A stretch of 63,985 nt of DNA, the filler included, from Barthelona sp. PAP020 (Eukaryota), in NCBI GenBank assembly GCA_040182905.1. It is 16 parts of 16 records of this genome, joined end to end, with 100 filler letters (N's around TTAATTAATTAA, not from the genome) between each part and the next. Parts side by side here need not be neighbours in the genome. Positions count along the whole stretch, not along the records: positions 53,306 to 57,216 come from JARQWU010000710.1; positions 57,317 to 61,210 come from JARQWU010000711.1; positions 61,311 to 63,985 come from JARQWU010000804.1; 13 more parts are not named here. One strand, written 5' to 3'. The notes beneath the pieces were generated by a model. That model was not told the DNA's origin. It saw nothing but the letters and a program-made list of their open reading frames with translations, and did no database searches. Shown here piece by piece: positions 54,560 through 63,985 of the stretch (position 1 is the first letter of the stretch; every line of letters starts with the position of its first letter). The position numbers and the translations under genes are program-made.

Positions 54560-56707
54560 ATGTTCACTTTTGAAGAAATACAAGGTTCAAAAGCACTTTA
54601 TCATCGCTTACAGTCAGGTGGAATAATAATTGAACAACCAAATGAAGATGTTTTTGAAAAATTGAAAAGTTTTATACAATATAATGATATTAATATATCG
54701 GGAAATGAGTTTGAAATAGTTCAATTTAATTTTCGAACGAGTAATTGGGGTTTTTCGCATCTTGCAAAAAGATTTGGAAAGTATTTCATCATTGAATTTT
54801 TAATCAAAGAACTCACTAATGACGAATTGGTATTGGAATGCTTTCCTATGATTTTAAATCACCCATTTATTCGAAAAGTTTTCGGAGTAACTGAGATTGA
54901 CGGAAAGAAAGGTGTTGTCATGGAATATTGTGATACTAATTTTGCTTCAATGATATCCAAATTATCGTTGAAAGAGAAGTTGGTCATTATGCTGCAAATT
55001 TCTTCTGCGCTTGAATTTTGTCACAAAAGACGTATTATTCACATGGACTTGAAGCCAAGCAACATATTATTGAGATGCAATACTGATGATGTGTACACCC
55101 CTGTGATTGATGGTTTTGGGCTTCTTTGTTATGGCAATGAGAATTTAGAAAAATCTATGAAAGGTGCAGCACCATATGCAGCACCATATGCAGCACCATA
55201 TGCAGCACCTGAATTATTAAATAAAAAGCAAAAAAATGGGGCTATGATCAATGTTTGGTCATTTGGTGTTATGTTGACCCAAGTTATTTCTGGCTTTGTT
55301 CCATTTGAAGGATTGAGTGAATCAAAAGTTGTTGAAAAACTGATAGATCATCAGCTTCCATATGAAGATGAACTATTAGATAACATGCCAGGTTTTGGAA
55401 TAGTTAGAAAATGTTTGGCCTTTGATCCAGGTGACAGACCACAATGTGGTGAGATTACTGAGTATTTGAAGATGTTGCTTGAGCGCTTTGAAGGATTGTC
55501 ATTTGACGAACAGAGGTTGATGAAACGTATTGCTGTTCTGGAAAGAGAGAATAACAGGCTAAAAAAAGACGAAAAGAAATGGATACACGACAGACAACAT
55601 TTAATCAAGCAGCTAGCAGATTTGACCAAAGGAGCGGAGATTTTGCTGGATGAAAAAGACGCTTTGACCCTTCAATTGAATGCTATGAACGATAACAGAT
55701 TATGTTCTTTTCAAACCCAGCCATTAACCAACCCTATGAATGAGCTTACGAATTTTAATGACAGAGAACTTGTTGAAAACAGAATCAACGTTGTTTGTGC
55801 TGTTGAAAAATTTGATAATACCCCAACCTTTGATGAAGAGTTTCCTGATGACGAGATTTATGCTCTTGATTACAGTTCTGATGGCCGTTTTTTTGCAACT
55901 GCTGGATTTAATAATCGATTTTTAAGAGTATACAACGCAACAACACATGAAATTTTACATGAAAATGAATGTACAAGCGCGTTGGGTTTACATTTCAGTC
56001 CAAACTCCAAAATGTTGGTTGTTAGTGGATATGGCCCCTCAATACATGTTATTGAACTCAATAGTTGGCGAATAATAAAAGTCATTGCTGATTTTGCCAA
56101 ACCTCTATTGCATGTGTGGTTTTCAGCTGATAGTAATTTGCTTTCATTTGGAATGAATGATGGTTCTATTGCGATATATACTGTTGAAGGCCAGAAGCTG
56201 TACGTATCTAAACCTCATGAAAGAACTGCTAAATCTGTACGCATCAGTCCTAATATGAAGTTTTTTGCTTCTGTAAGCAGTGATGGATCATCAAAATTGT
56301 TTTCATTAGAAACATATGAAGAACTTCACACATGGAGTCATGGAAGGAGTGTTACATCTGGCATATTTTCACTCAACAGTGCTTATTGGGTGACTGGTGA
56401 TCAAAGTGGTAGTGTCAGGATTTTTGATGTTGAATCTAGAAAGTTGTTGGCAAATTATAAGGTTCATAATGATGTAGTTTCAGCCATTATTATCTCACAA
56501 GATAGTTCATTGATCTATTGTAGTTCTAATGATAGATCTATTGTTGTGATTCAAAGAGAAACAGGCAGAGTATTACAACAAATACACACATTTTTTGAAA
56601 TAAACACCATGGCTCTCAATCATGATGGTACTCGTTTGTTGTGCAGTGGTTATAAAGGTTTCAAAGAAAATGTACATATTCAAGAATTCAGGGCATCTAA
56701 ATTCTAA
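54560..56707 (+). CDS. Pseudokinase-coiled coil-WD40 protein
   Basis: Paralog of 52502 (MFTFEE start, ECFP..LNHPFIR). Motifs are degenerate (FIIE, HMDLK, DGFG, NVWSFG). C-terminal WD40 repeats. Confidence 0.85.
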   Translation: MFTFEEIQGSKALYHRLQSGGIIIEQPNEDVFEKLKSFIQYNDINISGNEFEIVQFNFRTSNWGFSHLAKRFGKYFIIEFLIKELTNDELVLECFPMILNHPFIRKVFGVTEIDGKKGVVMEYCDTNFASMISKLSLKEKLVIMLQISSALEFCHKRRIIHMDLKPSNILLRCNTDDVYTPVIDGFGLLCYGNENLEKSMKGAAPYAAPYAAPYAAPELLNKKQKNGAMINVWSFGVMLTQVISGFVPFEGLSESKVVEKLIDHQLPYEDELLDNMPGFGIVRKCLAFDPGDRPQCGEITEYLKMLLERFEGLSFDEQRLMKRIAVLERENNRLKKDEKKWIHDRQHLIKQLADLTKGAEILLDEKDALTLQLNAMNDNRLCSFQTQPLTNPMNELTNFNDRELVENRINVVCAVEKFDNTPTFDEEFPDDEIYALDYSSDGRFFATAGFNNRFLRVYNATTHEILHENECTSALGLHFSPNSKMLVVSGYGPSIHVIELNSWRIIKVIADFAKPLLHVWFSADSNLLSFGMNDGSIAIYTVEGQKLYVSKPHERTAKSVRISPNMKFFASVSSDGSSKLFSLETYEELHTWSHGRSVTSGIFSLNSAYWVTGDQSGSVRIFDVESRKLLANYKVHNDVVSAIIISQDSSLIYCSSNDRSIVVIQRETGRVLQQIHTFFEINTMALNHDGTRLLCSGYKGFKENVHIQEFRASKF
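55165..55209 (+). repeat. 12-bp in-frame tandem repeat (TGCAGCACCATA) x3.75
   Basis: Encodes AAPY-AAPY-AAPY-AAPE. Confidence 0.95.
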
Positions 56708-56975
56708 ATTGTTTGTTTTCTTTTTGGGTTTTATCCACATCCAATTGTAAATAGAAAAACTTTTCAATTTTGTCAAATTCTTATGTTGCTTTTTAGTTCA
56801 TTCTTACACTGACTACACCATTGTATGGAACACAAGAATATTAGAGGGCTATGAAAAGAGTGATTGTTTACAGACCATAAGAATATTTGGAACATTTTAA
56901 AAGGAGACATACTTATCAAACCGATCCTCATGTTTAAGAAACATACAATAAACAAATAAATACAATATTTATAAC

Positions 56976-57216
56976 CTAATTGCAAATGCAGCCAGTTTTT
57001 TTGATTAGTTCCATGTCCACATCATGTCCAAATAACTCTCTAATTTTTGTTCTTCCAGTTTTAATCATGGTAGGTCTTTCTAAAGATAATCCCCAACCAC
57101 AAACAATAACATCTTCCGGTAATCCCATAGGTCTAAGCATTTCAGGTCTGAACAATCCTGAATTTCCAACTTCAACCCACTCATTTCTGGATTCCATGTA
57201 AGACATGATTTCCATA
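56976..57216 (-). CDS. FARSA: Phenylalanyl-tRNA synthetase alpha subunit C-terminus (partial)
   Basis: [21 protein letters not shown]...[11 protein letters not shown]. Confidence 0.92.
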
Positions 57217-57316
57217 NNNNNNNNNNNNNNNNNNNNNNNNNNNNNNNNNNNNNNNNNNNNTTAATTAATTAANNNNNNNNNNNNNNNNNNNNNNNNNNNN
57301 NNNNNNNNNNNNNNNN

Positions 57317-57454
57317 GTTGACCAAATAAGTTTCACCTTCAAAAAATCCAGTAAAACGCTTGGCCATAACAAAACCAGGAGTATTTTCCTTAGTGGATGC
57401 ACCAACAATCATGTAAGATTTTGCATCAAAAAATCGTTGAAGAGGAGAAGTCAT
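57317..57454 (-). CDS. ADP-forming acetyl-CoA synthetase, CoA-binding N-terminus (partial)
   Basis: LQRFFDAKSYMIVGAS..ENTPG...FEGETYLVN matches the L..FF.P.S.AVIGAS...G...F.G..YPVN pattern. Confidence 0.7.
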
Positions 57455-57637
57455 TTTTGAAAAAAAAAAAAATTGAAAGTTGTTTTTCAATCTTGGTCAA
57501 ATTGAAGAGGTATCTTTGCAACAACATTTTTTTTTGAAAAAAATTGAAGACTAGCTCTTTGTTTTTATTTTTTTTTACAAATTGTCAAAAGTTGATTTAA
57601 ATGTTGATTTTTTTTTTTTTGGAATATCTTTTTAAAA

Positions 57638-58522
57638 ATGACTACGGTACCCGAAGAATTGAGAATTATTAAGCCTTATTTGTTAAGAGCTTTTGAAATT
57701 GAGAAAACTCAACCGAAATATGCCATGTATGTCAGATATTATTGTTTAAAGATCGCTTTCGGTTCAGTAAAACAAGGAAAAGTTAACTTGACAGAAGAAG
57801 GTAATATTTATTTGAATAATTCGATGACTGAATTGGAAGAACTGAAAAAGAAATTTTCTTTTAATCTCAAAAACGATTCAGAAGGGTTTTCTATATTTGT
57901 TTTATCTTTATTTAAGAATTGTTATCAAAAAGATTTGGGTGGTCAACGTGATTTTAAGATTTCTGCCAGTTATTTTTCTTTTGTAAAATTAGTTGATGTG
58001 TTATTGGATTTATTTGAAATAACATATGATATTGCAAAGATTAGAGAAATTCAATTGTTTGCCAAAAAGAGATGTGGTCTTATTCATCGATCTTTGAAAG
58101 CAAATGAGGTTTGTCCTGACCCTCCTTTATTTGAATTAGCTGCATTTGATAAAAAATTGGAAGCTCAATTGGATGATGAAGAAGAACAATTGGAGAATGA
58201 AGTTATTTCCCAAGATTCAACTGTTCCTACCAAACCATATGTATATGAACCTGAAGTTGAGGATACCACTCAAAAATCGAATTTTATAAAGCAACAACCA
58301 ACAATAAACAATAATTATTCAAAGACTCCTCAAACTCCTCAAACAACAACAAAAGATAATTCTTCCTATGTTTTGGGAAAAACTTCAAACGTCTCTCCGT
58401 CAGATGTTCAATCTATTCAAAAATTATGTAAATATACCACAGCTGCTATTGGAAGACATGATCTTATTGAATCCCGTGAAAACATTGCTGAAATGTTGGC
58501 AATACTTGAAAAATATGAGTAA
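57638..58522 (+). CDS. VTA1: Vta1/LIP5 (ESCRT Vps4 activator)
   Basis: VPEELRIIKPYLLRAFE..P.YA.YVRYY MIT domains and the C-terminal VSL motif IQKLCKYTTAAI. Confidence 0.85.
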   Translation: MTTVPEELRIIKPYLLRAFEIEKTQPKYAMYVRYYCLKIAFGSVKQGKVNLTEEGNIYLNNSMTELEELKKKFSFNLKNDSEGFSIFVLSLFKNCYQKDLGGQRDFKISASYFSFVKLVDVLLDLFEITYDIAKIREIQLFAKKRCGLIHRSLKANEVCPDPPLFELAAFDKKLEAQLDDEEEQLENEVISQDSTVPTKPYVYEPEVEDTTQKSNFIKQQPTINNNYSKTPQTPQTTTKDNSSYVLGKTSNVSPSDVQSIQKLCKYTTAAIGRHDLIESRENIAEMLAILEKYE

Positions 58523-59126
58523 ATATTGTGAAATTTTTATTTATTAATTATTGTTTGATGATTAAAAAAAAAGAATCTCCAACAAAAGTGTCCACCAAAA
58601 ATTCATTTCATATTCACTTCTCTAACATTCTTACATAACATTTTAGTGACTTTTAGGCTCAACATTTTGTTTAACCAAGAGTGAAACTTTTTGCAAACCC
58701 ACTTCAGTTTTTAAGTTTGTTCTTTTGAATCAACTAATTATCTACAGAGGGTATTTTGAAGAAATTCTTTGTTTTATTTTAACAAATTGTTCAGGTGTGG
58801 ATCAATAACAATCAACTATTAACAGAATTTTTGCTGATTGTTTCAAACTAAAATTTTGTCTTTAAACTCAAAATGTCAATCAAAGTATTTAATTTAGTAC
58901 TGTGATAATGATAAAACAAATTTATTGCCATTTTATTTTTTGGGGAACAGTGTCGGTGCAAATTCCCTGATTTTTTTTTTTTGAAAAAAATTGTAAAATT
59001 ATCTAATTATACACCTATTATGTATATAATAAAAAAAACTTTGAAAATAAAATGATGATTAAAGATTATTGGAGAGCAAATATATTTTGAGCTCAATGCA
59101 CACCCATAATTTTTTTTTTTTTTCAT

Positions 59127-60035
59127 ATGTCTCTTTATTTTTGGGGAATAATTATTTTTTTGTTTGGTCTTAGTGGTGGTATTTTGCCTTATTTGATATC
59201 TAAAAGTCAAAATCAAAAATTTCAACAGGTGTTAAAATATGGTTCTGCTTTTTCTGGAGGTATTTTACTCGGAGGTGGAACTTTGCATATATTAGCAGAT
59301 GCAGTTTCTGATTTTTACAAAGATTTTTCAATTTCATATCCTCTACCTCAATTATTTGCCTGGTCAACATGTTTTCTGTTATTAATCTTTGAAAAGACTT
59401 CGATATACATTCACAGTAAATGTGTAAAGAAACAAAAATCTGAAATAGATGCTGCCCATTCTTCCATGAGTGAACTCGCAAACTATTCCAACTCCAATAA
59501 TATTAATGATGTGCATCCATCCACAGAAAGAAACAAACAAACCTTTTCACATAATCATTCTAATGAACATGAACATTTTAATTTTCAAAATGGTTCTGTG
59601 ATTGTCAGCATTTTTTTGCTTTTTGGATTGACTTTTCATTCTTTTTTGGCTGGTACTGCATTAGGTGTGGAAAAAAACAATGAAAGTGCCAAAATAATGG
59701 TAATATGCATTCTTTCACACAAATTCTTTGCTGCTTTTGCTTTGGGTGTTGTATTGGCAAAATCAAATTATTCTTTCTTTCCTCTTTTCATATTGGTCCT
59801 TTTCTTTAGTTGTTCAACACCTTCTGGAATAATATTTGGATCCAATTTGATTATTTCAAAGCTGGGGTCAATTTATTTGAGAGCAATTTCAGCAGGAACT
59901 TTTTTATATGTCGGTTTCTTTGAAGTGCTCTTTGACACTGTTCAACATAACATTATCATAACTCCTTGTTTTGGGTTTGTTTTTATGGCAGTTCTTGGTT
60001 ATATGGGTCAAATATACAGATTTTTCTTTGGTTAA
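59127..60035 (+). CDS. ZIP family zinc/iron transporter
   Basis: AFSGGILLG..LHIL, His-rich loop, FHSFLAG, SHKFFAAFALG, AISAGTFLYV. Confidence 0.93.
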   Translation: MSLYFWGIIIFLFGLSGGILPYLISKSQNQKFQQVLKYGSAFSGGILLGGGTLHILADAVSDFYKDFSISYPLPQLFAWSTCFLLLIFEKTSIYIHSKCVKKQKSEIDAAHSSMSELANYSNSNNINDVHPSTERNKQTFSHNHSNEHEHFNFQNGSVIVSIFLLFGLTFHSFLAGTALGVEKNNESAKIMVICILSHKFFAAFALGVVLAKSNYSFFPLFILVLFFSCSTPSGIIFGSNLIISKLGSIYLRAISAGTFLYVGFFEVLFDTVQHNIIITPCFGFVFMAVLGYMGQIYRFFFG

Positions 60036-61480
60036 ATGATCTGTTTGATGAATAAAAAATTGCTGGAATTCATTTCTTTCTTTTTCACAATTAGTGAACA
60101 ATTCGTATCATTCCGAAATTTAATATTTGTAACATTCGAAAGTTCATGAGAAATTTTCATAATTTATTGTTTCTCTCTTTTTCAGATTGACACCGAAAAT
60201 TGAAGTTTAGTCTTGAAATAACATATTGGTAAATGATATGAGCATGTGAAAGTAAATGATTTACTTACAATTCACCCCAAATATTAGAATCAAGCATATG
60301 AAGTTGAGTTTAACAAGATTAATGGAAGATAAAAATTGACAATTCAAGAAATCTGAATGCATAGGGTCACATTTAACAATCAATTACATCACTTATAATC
60401 ACAGAATGAAAATTTGAATTTGAATCAGGTAATTAGGACAATAACAAATGAGATTACTGATAATCAATTGAGTGAACAAAAGTAAAATCACTATTGGTTG
60501 TTCAGCAAAAAAAGAAAAGAAGAATTATCTTTTTGGCAGTCACACCCAATCAACATCATCAACACTGCTTTTATCACTTTTTTTCCATAAAAGATGCCAT
60601 GTTGCTGCCATTCTCATTTCATCTGTCTGGTCTTCATTTATGTTAAATGACAGCTGCTCATTTTTGATTATTTAAGTTAACTTCAAGATCATAAGATTAG
60701 ATTACACACAATATCATCCTTTGCTACTTTAATAATTTGGAGGGATTTGAATGGTTAACAGGATATGATCAAAAAAAGAATCTTGATTATCTTATAAGCA
60801 TCCCATCCCACTCAATTACATTTTGTATGGTAATTGTGCAAAAAATAAAAAGGAGAAAAAAATCTGTTATGTAGCAAAAAGCAATTTTTTAATCTTTCAA
60901 ATGGGATTCATACCAAGGGCAATAAAACCACAACCTATAATGAAAAGAACATTGCCTGTATTAAAAAATGTGTATTAATTTTTTGAAATATAAATTCTAT
61001 CCACAAAACCACTAGTTCACGGTTCAAATTTTCACTTGAACAATTATAAGCAGTTATAATTCAAATATTTTGAAGAAAACAACAATATTTCAATTGAATG
61101 CTGAAACAAATAAAGTGTAAAGATTTTACAAACATTTTCATAAAGAAGACATGTATAACCCACATATAGGACAGTAGTCAAGATACAAGCATTACTCGGA
61201 GAGTTCAACANNNNNNNNNNNNNNNNNNNNNNNNNNNNNNNNNNNNNNNNNNNNTTAATTAATTAANNNNNNNNNNNNNNNNNNNNNNNNNNNNNNNNNN
61301 NNNNNNNNNNAACAATCAGATTCAACAGTTCAAACAAATCCCAAAGTTGGAATTTTGGCTGATGTTGATGAATTCAGTGATAGCGAAAATGTAAATTATT
61401 AATTATTCTTGTTTTCAACATCACATTGATGTTGTGTAATTTTTTTTTTCCAATAATTTTCCCTTTTTTTTAAAGTTTAA

Positions 61481-63763
61481 ATGAAAAAAGGAACGTTGCA
61501 AGTATCTTTAGAACTCGATTCAAAGTTTGAGAAAATTCTCATTTGTGGGAATTGTGAAAATTTGGGAAATTGGAAACCCTCTGAAGGTATTTGGTTGTCT
61601 AAAAATGAGAATATGTTTTATTGTACAATTAATGTCAAATGTGATTGTGATAAACTTGAATTTAAGTTTGTTTGTATGGATGAAGATGTCTTTGAAACAC
61701 CGAAATGGGAAGAAGGTTACAATCATGACGTATATTTATATGAAGATGATAAAACTTACAATCTCTTTTTTAAGGATATCTTTTGGTATCCTCATGATAA
61801 AATCAAAGAAAATCAAAAAACCATTTCAAATGATGAAAATCATAGGACACAAACTCAAAAGGTTGAACAAATTAGTTATGTGTTGGAAATGGAAAACAAT
61901 GAAGAACATGTTTTTGAATATCAACCAAAAATTTTTAAAACTGTTGACAATGACAATAATGCAAGAAATATGGACAAGGATGAAAAGATTGTTGAAAATC
62001 CTGAATTCGACGATATGTCTCATAGTCAAAAAGAGAATGAATCAGAATCAACAAAAAATACTGTTCTCCAGAATGTTGGATTTGCTGGAGATTTAATTCT
62101 TGAACAATCACTTAAAACAGTGAAGCAGCCTGTTTTGAATGAACAAACAGATATTGTTACAGAGAAAGAGGTGCTGGAACAACAGCTAATTCAACCTGTG
62201 GTAGAAGATCTGTTGCAAGAAATTGAAGAAGAAGACGAAGAAGAAGAAGAACCAGTGCAAAAAATTGTAAAAGAAGAATCAACACAAGAATTTGCACAAA
62301 AACCAATTGTAGAATTAATACCAGAGGTTGAAGAAGAACCAATGCAAGAACTGACACAAAAAGAAAAACAAAAAGAAAATGAATCCTTAAAAGAATTAGT
62401 TAACAAAGTTGAAGAAGAACAAGAAAAAGAGGTTGAAGAAGAAGAACTAATTCAAGATCTGACGCAAGAAATTAAAGATGCCATTGAAAATAAAGAGGTT
62501 GTAGAAGAAGAACCACCACAAGATGTTGTTGAAGATGTTGAAGAAAAAGAATCAACACAAGAACCAGCAGAAGAACTTGTGGAAGAGGTTTTACAAGAAG
62601 AAGAAGAAGAAGAAGAAGAACCACTTCAAGAAGTTGCAGAAGAAGACCTTTTACAAAAAATTGAAGAGAAAGAACCACTACAAGAACTTGTTGAAGATGT
62701 TGAAGAAGAAGTATCAACCCAAGGAGTTGTAGAAAAAGAACTAATGGAAGAAACATCAGATCAAGAACCCGACCAAAAATCAGAACAGGAAATGAAAGAA
62801 GAACCAATGGAAACAGAAGGGAAAGTTCAAAAAACTCAAAAAATTGGTGTGCTGAATGATGAAACAAGCGAACTTGAAAAAGAACACAGTAATTCCGACA
62901 ATGTAAATTTAGACATTTCCCCTCATGCAAAGAGCAGTCATTTTGCGGAAGATTATTTGAAAAAATCTCCCAAATTAGAGAAGACTGAACCAATTAATAT
63001 TTTGGAGAAAAAAGAAATTGAACCCAGTACAAATGTTAAAAGTCACAAACACAGCAAACAGAAATCTGTTGCTGATATTTTGAAGCAAAAACAAAACAAG
63101 TTCAAAAAAGGAAATGACATAATCCCTCAAAATTTTTCAACATCTAACAATAATTTTCAACTCGTTTATAACGAAATAAGTACGAGCGAATATGCGACCA
63201 GAGCTTTACTAAAAATCGAAGAAAAAAGACAAAAGACAAAACAAAATAGAATGGAACATGTGAAAAAAATCGATCAAGTTTCAAAAAAGAAAAAAGTGGC
63301 GTCAATGGCCGAAGAAGAAATTCATGTCAAACAACACAAACAATTTAACGTTTTTTCTTCAGAAAAACCTCAAATTCCTTCAATAATGAATAAAAAAACC
63401 TTTACTAAAGCTAATTCTGGACATTTTTTAGTGAAAAACCCTTATGAAGGCCTAAAAGTTCACAAAAAACAAAAACAAAAATTAAATGTTGAAAACACTT
63501 TCAAAGAAAAAAATGAAGGCATGATAAATGATGTCTTTGAAGATTTTACAATCAAAGACCAAACTTCAAAACCAATTTCTCTCCCAAAACAAGAGAATTG
63601 TCATGATTTGACGATTTCCTCAAAAAAAATAAACAAAAAGAAAAATTCTCTCAAAAATAAGAAACCTAAACAAAAAATGGAAAGAAAAGGCATTATTTCT
63701 ATTTCCATTTTAATCATTGTTTTTGTTCTTTTGGTAATTTTTAAAATTTTACACAACCAATAA
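61481..63763 (+). CDS. CBM20 starch-binding domain protein with Glu-rich stalk and C-terminal TM anchor
   Basis: ICGNCENLGNW...LEFKFV...WEEGYNH (CBM20), acidic low-complexity middle and a hydrophobic tail. Confidence 0.8.
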   Translation: MKKGTLQVSLELDSKFEKILICGNCENLGNWKPSEGIWLSKNENMFYCTINVKCDCDKLEFKFVCMDEDVFETPKWEEGYNHDVYLYEDDKTYNLFFKDIFWYPHDKIKENQKTISNDENHRTQTQKVEQISYVLEMENNEEHVFEYQPKIFKTVDNDNNARNMDKDEKIVENPEFDDMSHSQKENESESTKNTVLQNVGFAGDLILEQSLKTVKQPVLNEQTDIVTEKEVLEQQLIQPVVEDLLQEIEEEDEEEEEPVQKIVKEESTQEFAQKPIVELIPEVEEEPMQELTQKEKQKENESLKELVNKVEEEQEKEVEEEELIQDLTQEIKDAIENKEVVEEEPPQDVVEDVEEKESTQEPAEELVEEVLQEEEEEEEEPLQEVAEEDLLQKIEEKEPLQELVEDVEEEVSTQGVVEKELMEETSDQEPDQKSEQEMKEEPMETEGKVQKTQKIGVLNDETSELEKEHSNSDNVNLDISPHAKSSHFAEDYLKKSPKLEKTEPINILEKKEIEPSTNVKSHKHSKQKSVADILKQKQNKFKKGNDIIPQNFSTSNNNFQLVYNEISTSEYATRALLKIEEKRQKTKQNRMEHVKKIDQVSKKKKVASMAEEEIHVKQHKQFNVFSSEKPQIPSIMNKKTFTKANSGHFLVKNPYEGLKVHKKQKQKLNVENTFKEKNEGMINDVFEDFTIKDQTSKPISLPKQENCHDLTISSKKINKKKNSLKNKKPKQKMERKGIISISILIIVFVLLVIFKILHNQ

Positions 63764-63887
63764 ACATGTTTGTTTTTTTTTTTGTTCTTTGTAAAATTAG
63801 AGGCAGGTGACTTTTGTTTTTTATTAATTGATCTTCATTTTGGCAAGTGTTTGGTTTGGTTTTAAGATTTTTGCAGATTGTAAAAAA

Positions 63888-63985
63888 AAAATATGAAATA
63901 AGACTTTATTGAACTTTTCCGTAAAGAGACTCCATAAAACATCCCAATTGAGTGACGACAGCAAACACTCAAAACTGATATCAAC
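63888..63985 (-). repeat. Dispersed repeat E, copy 2 (window end)
   Basis: Reverse complement is identical to 16584-16680. Confidence 0.92.

Noticed and set aside
60100..61210. Possible decayed membrane-protein pseudogene on the minus strand
   Set aside because: Only short hydrophobic fragments between stops; no family could be recognised.
62157..62993. Short antisense or alternative-frame ORFs here and throughout the ORF track
   Set aside because: Shadows of long real genes or low-complexity sequence, mostly with non-ATG starts.

Overview
The window is not one locus. It is 16 unrelated contigs of about 4 kb joined by an artificial N44-TTAATTAATTAA-N44 linker, plus one internal scaffold gap at 50828-51081. 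Fifteen pieces come from a very AT-rich, gene-dense, intron-poor flagellated eukaryote. They carry Vps18, kinesin-2, kinesin-13, a DEAH helicase, G-beta, ARL6, IFT25, primase, a PIAS-type ligase, Scc2, a PDE, kinases, Vta1, a ZIP transporter, RPL39, tRNA-Pro and tRNA-Ala. Its introns have a fused branch point/3' splice site (WCTAAY-N4-AG) and it has an ADP-forming acetyl-CoA synthetase; both suggest an anaerobic metamonad-like protist (inference). One contig (45074-49077) is bacterial, probably Bacteroidota, and reads as part of an integron-like cassette array. It has a two-gene cassette (DUF4145/HEPN-like protein plus a 3-TM protein), a 63-bp attC-like hairpin, an ORF-less structured segment and an RloA/RloB (AbiL-like) cassette. 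The attC inverse core of the RloA/RloB cassette appears to be interrupted by the 3' end of a group II intron in the opposite orientation. In the eukaryotic part, both tRNA genes share an identical 12-bp B-box-like motif at exactly +26 downstream and are surrounded by a modular family of dispersed repeats. All calls come from reading motifs by eye; no database searches were run.
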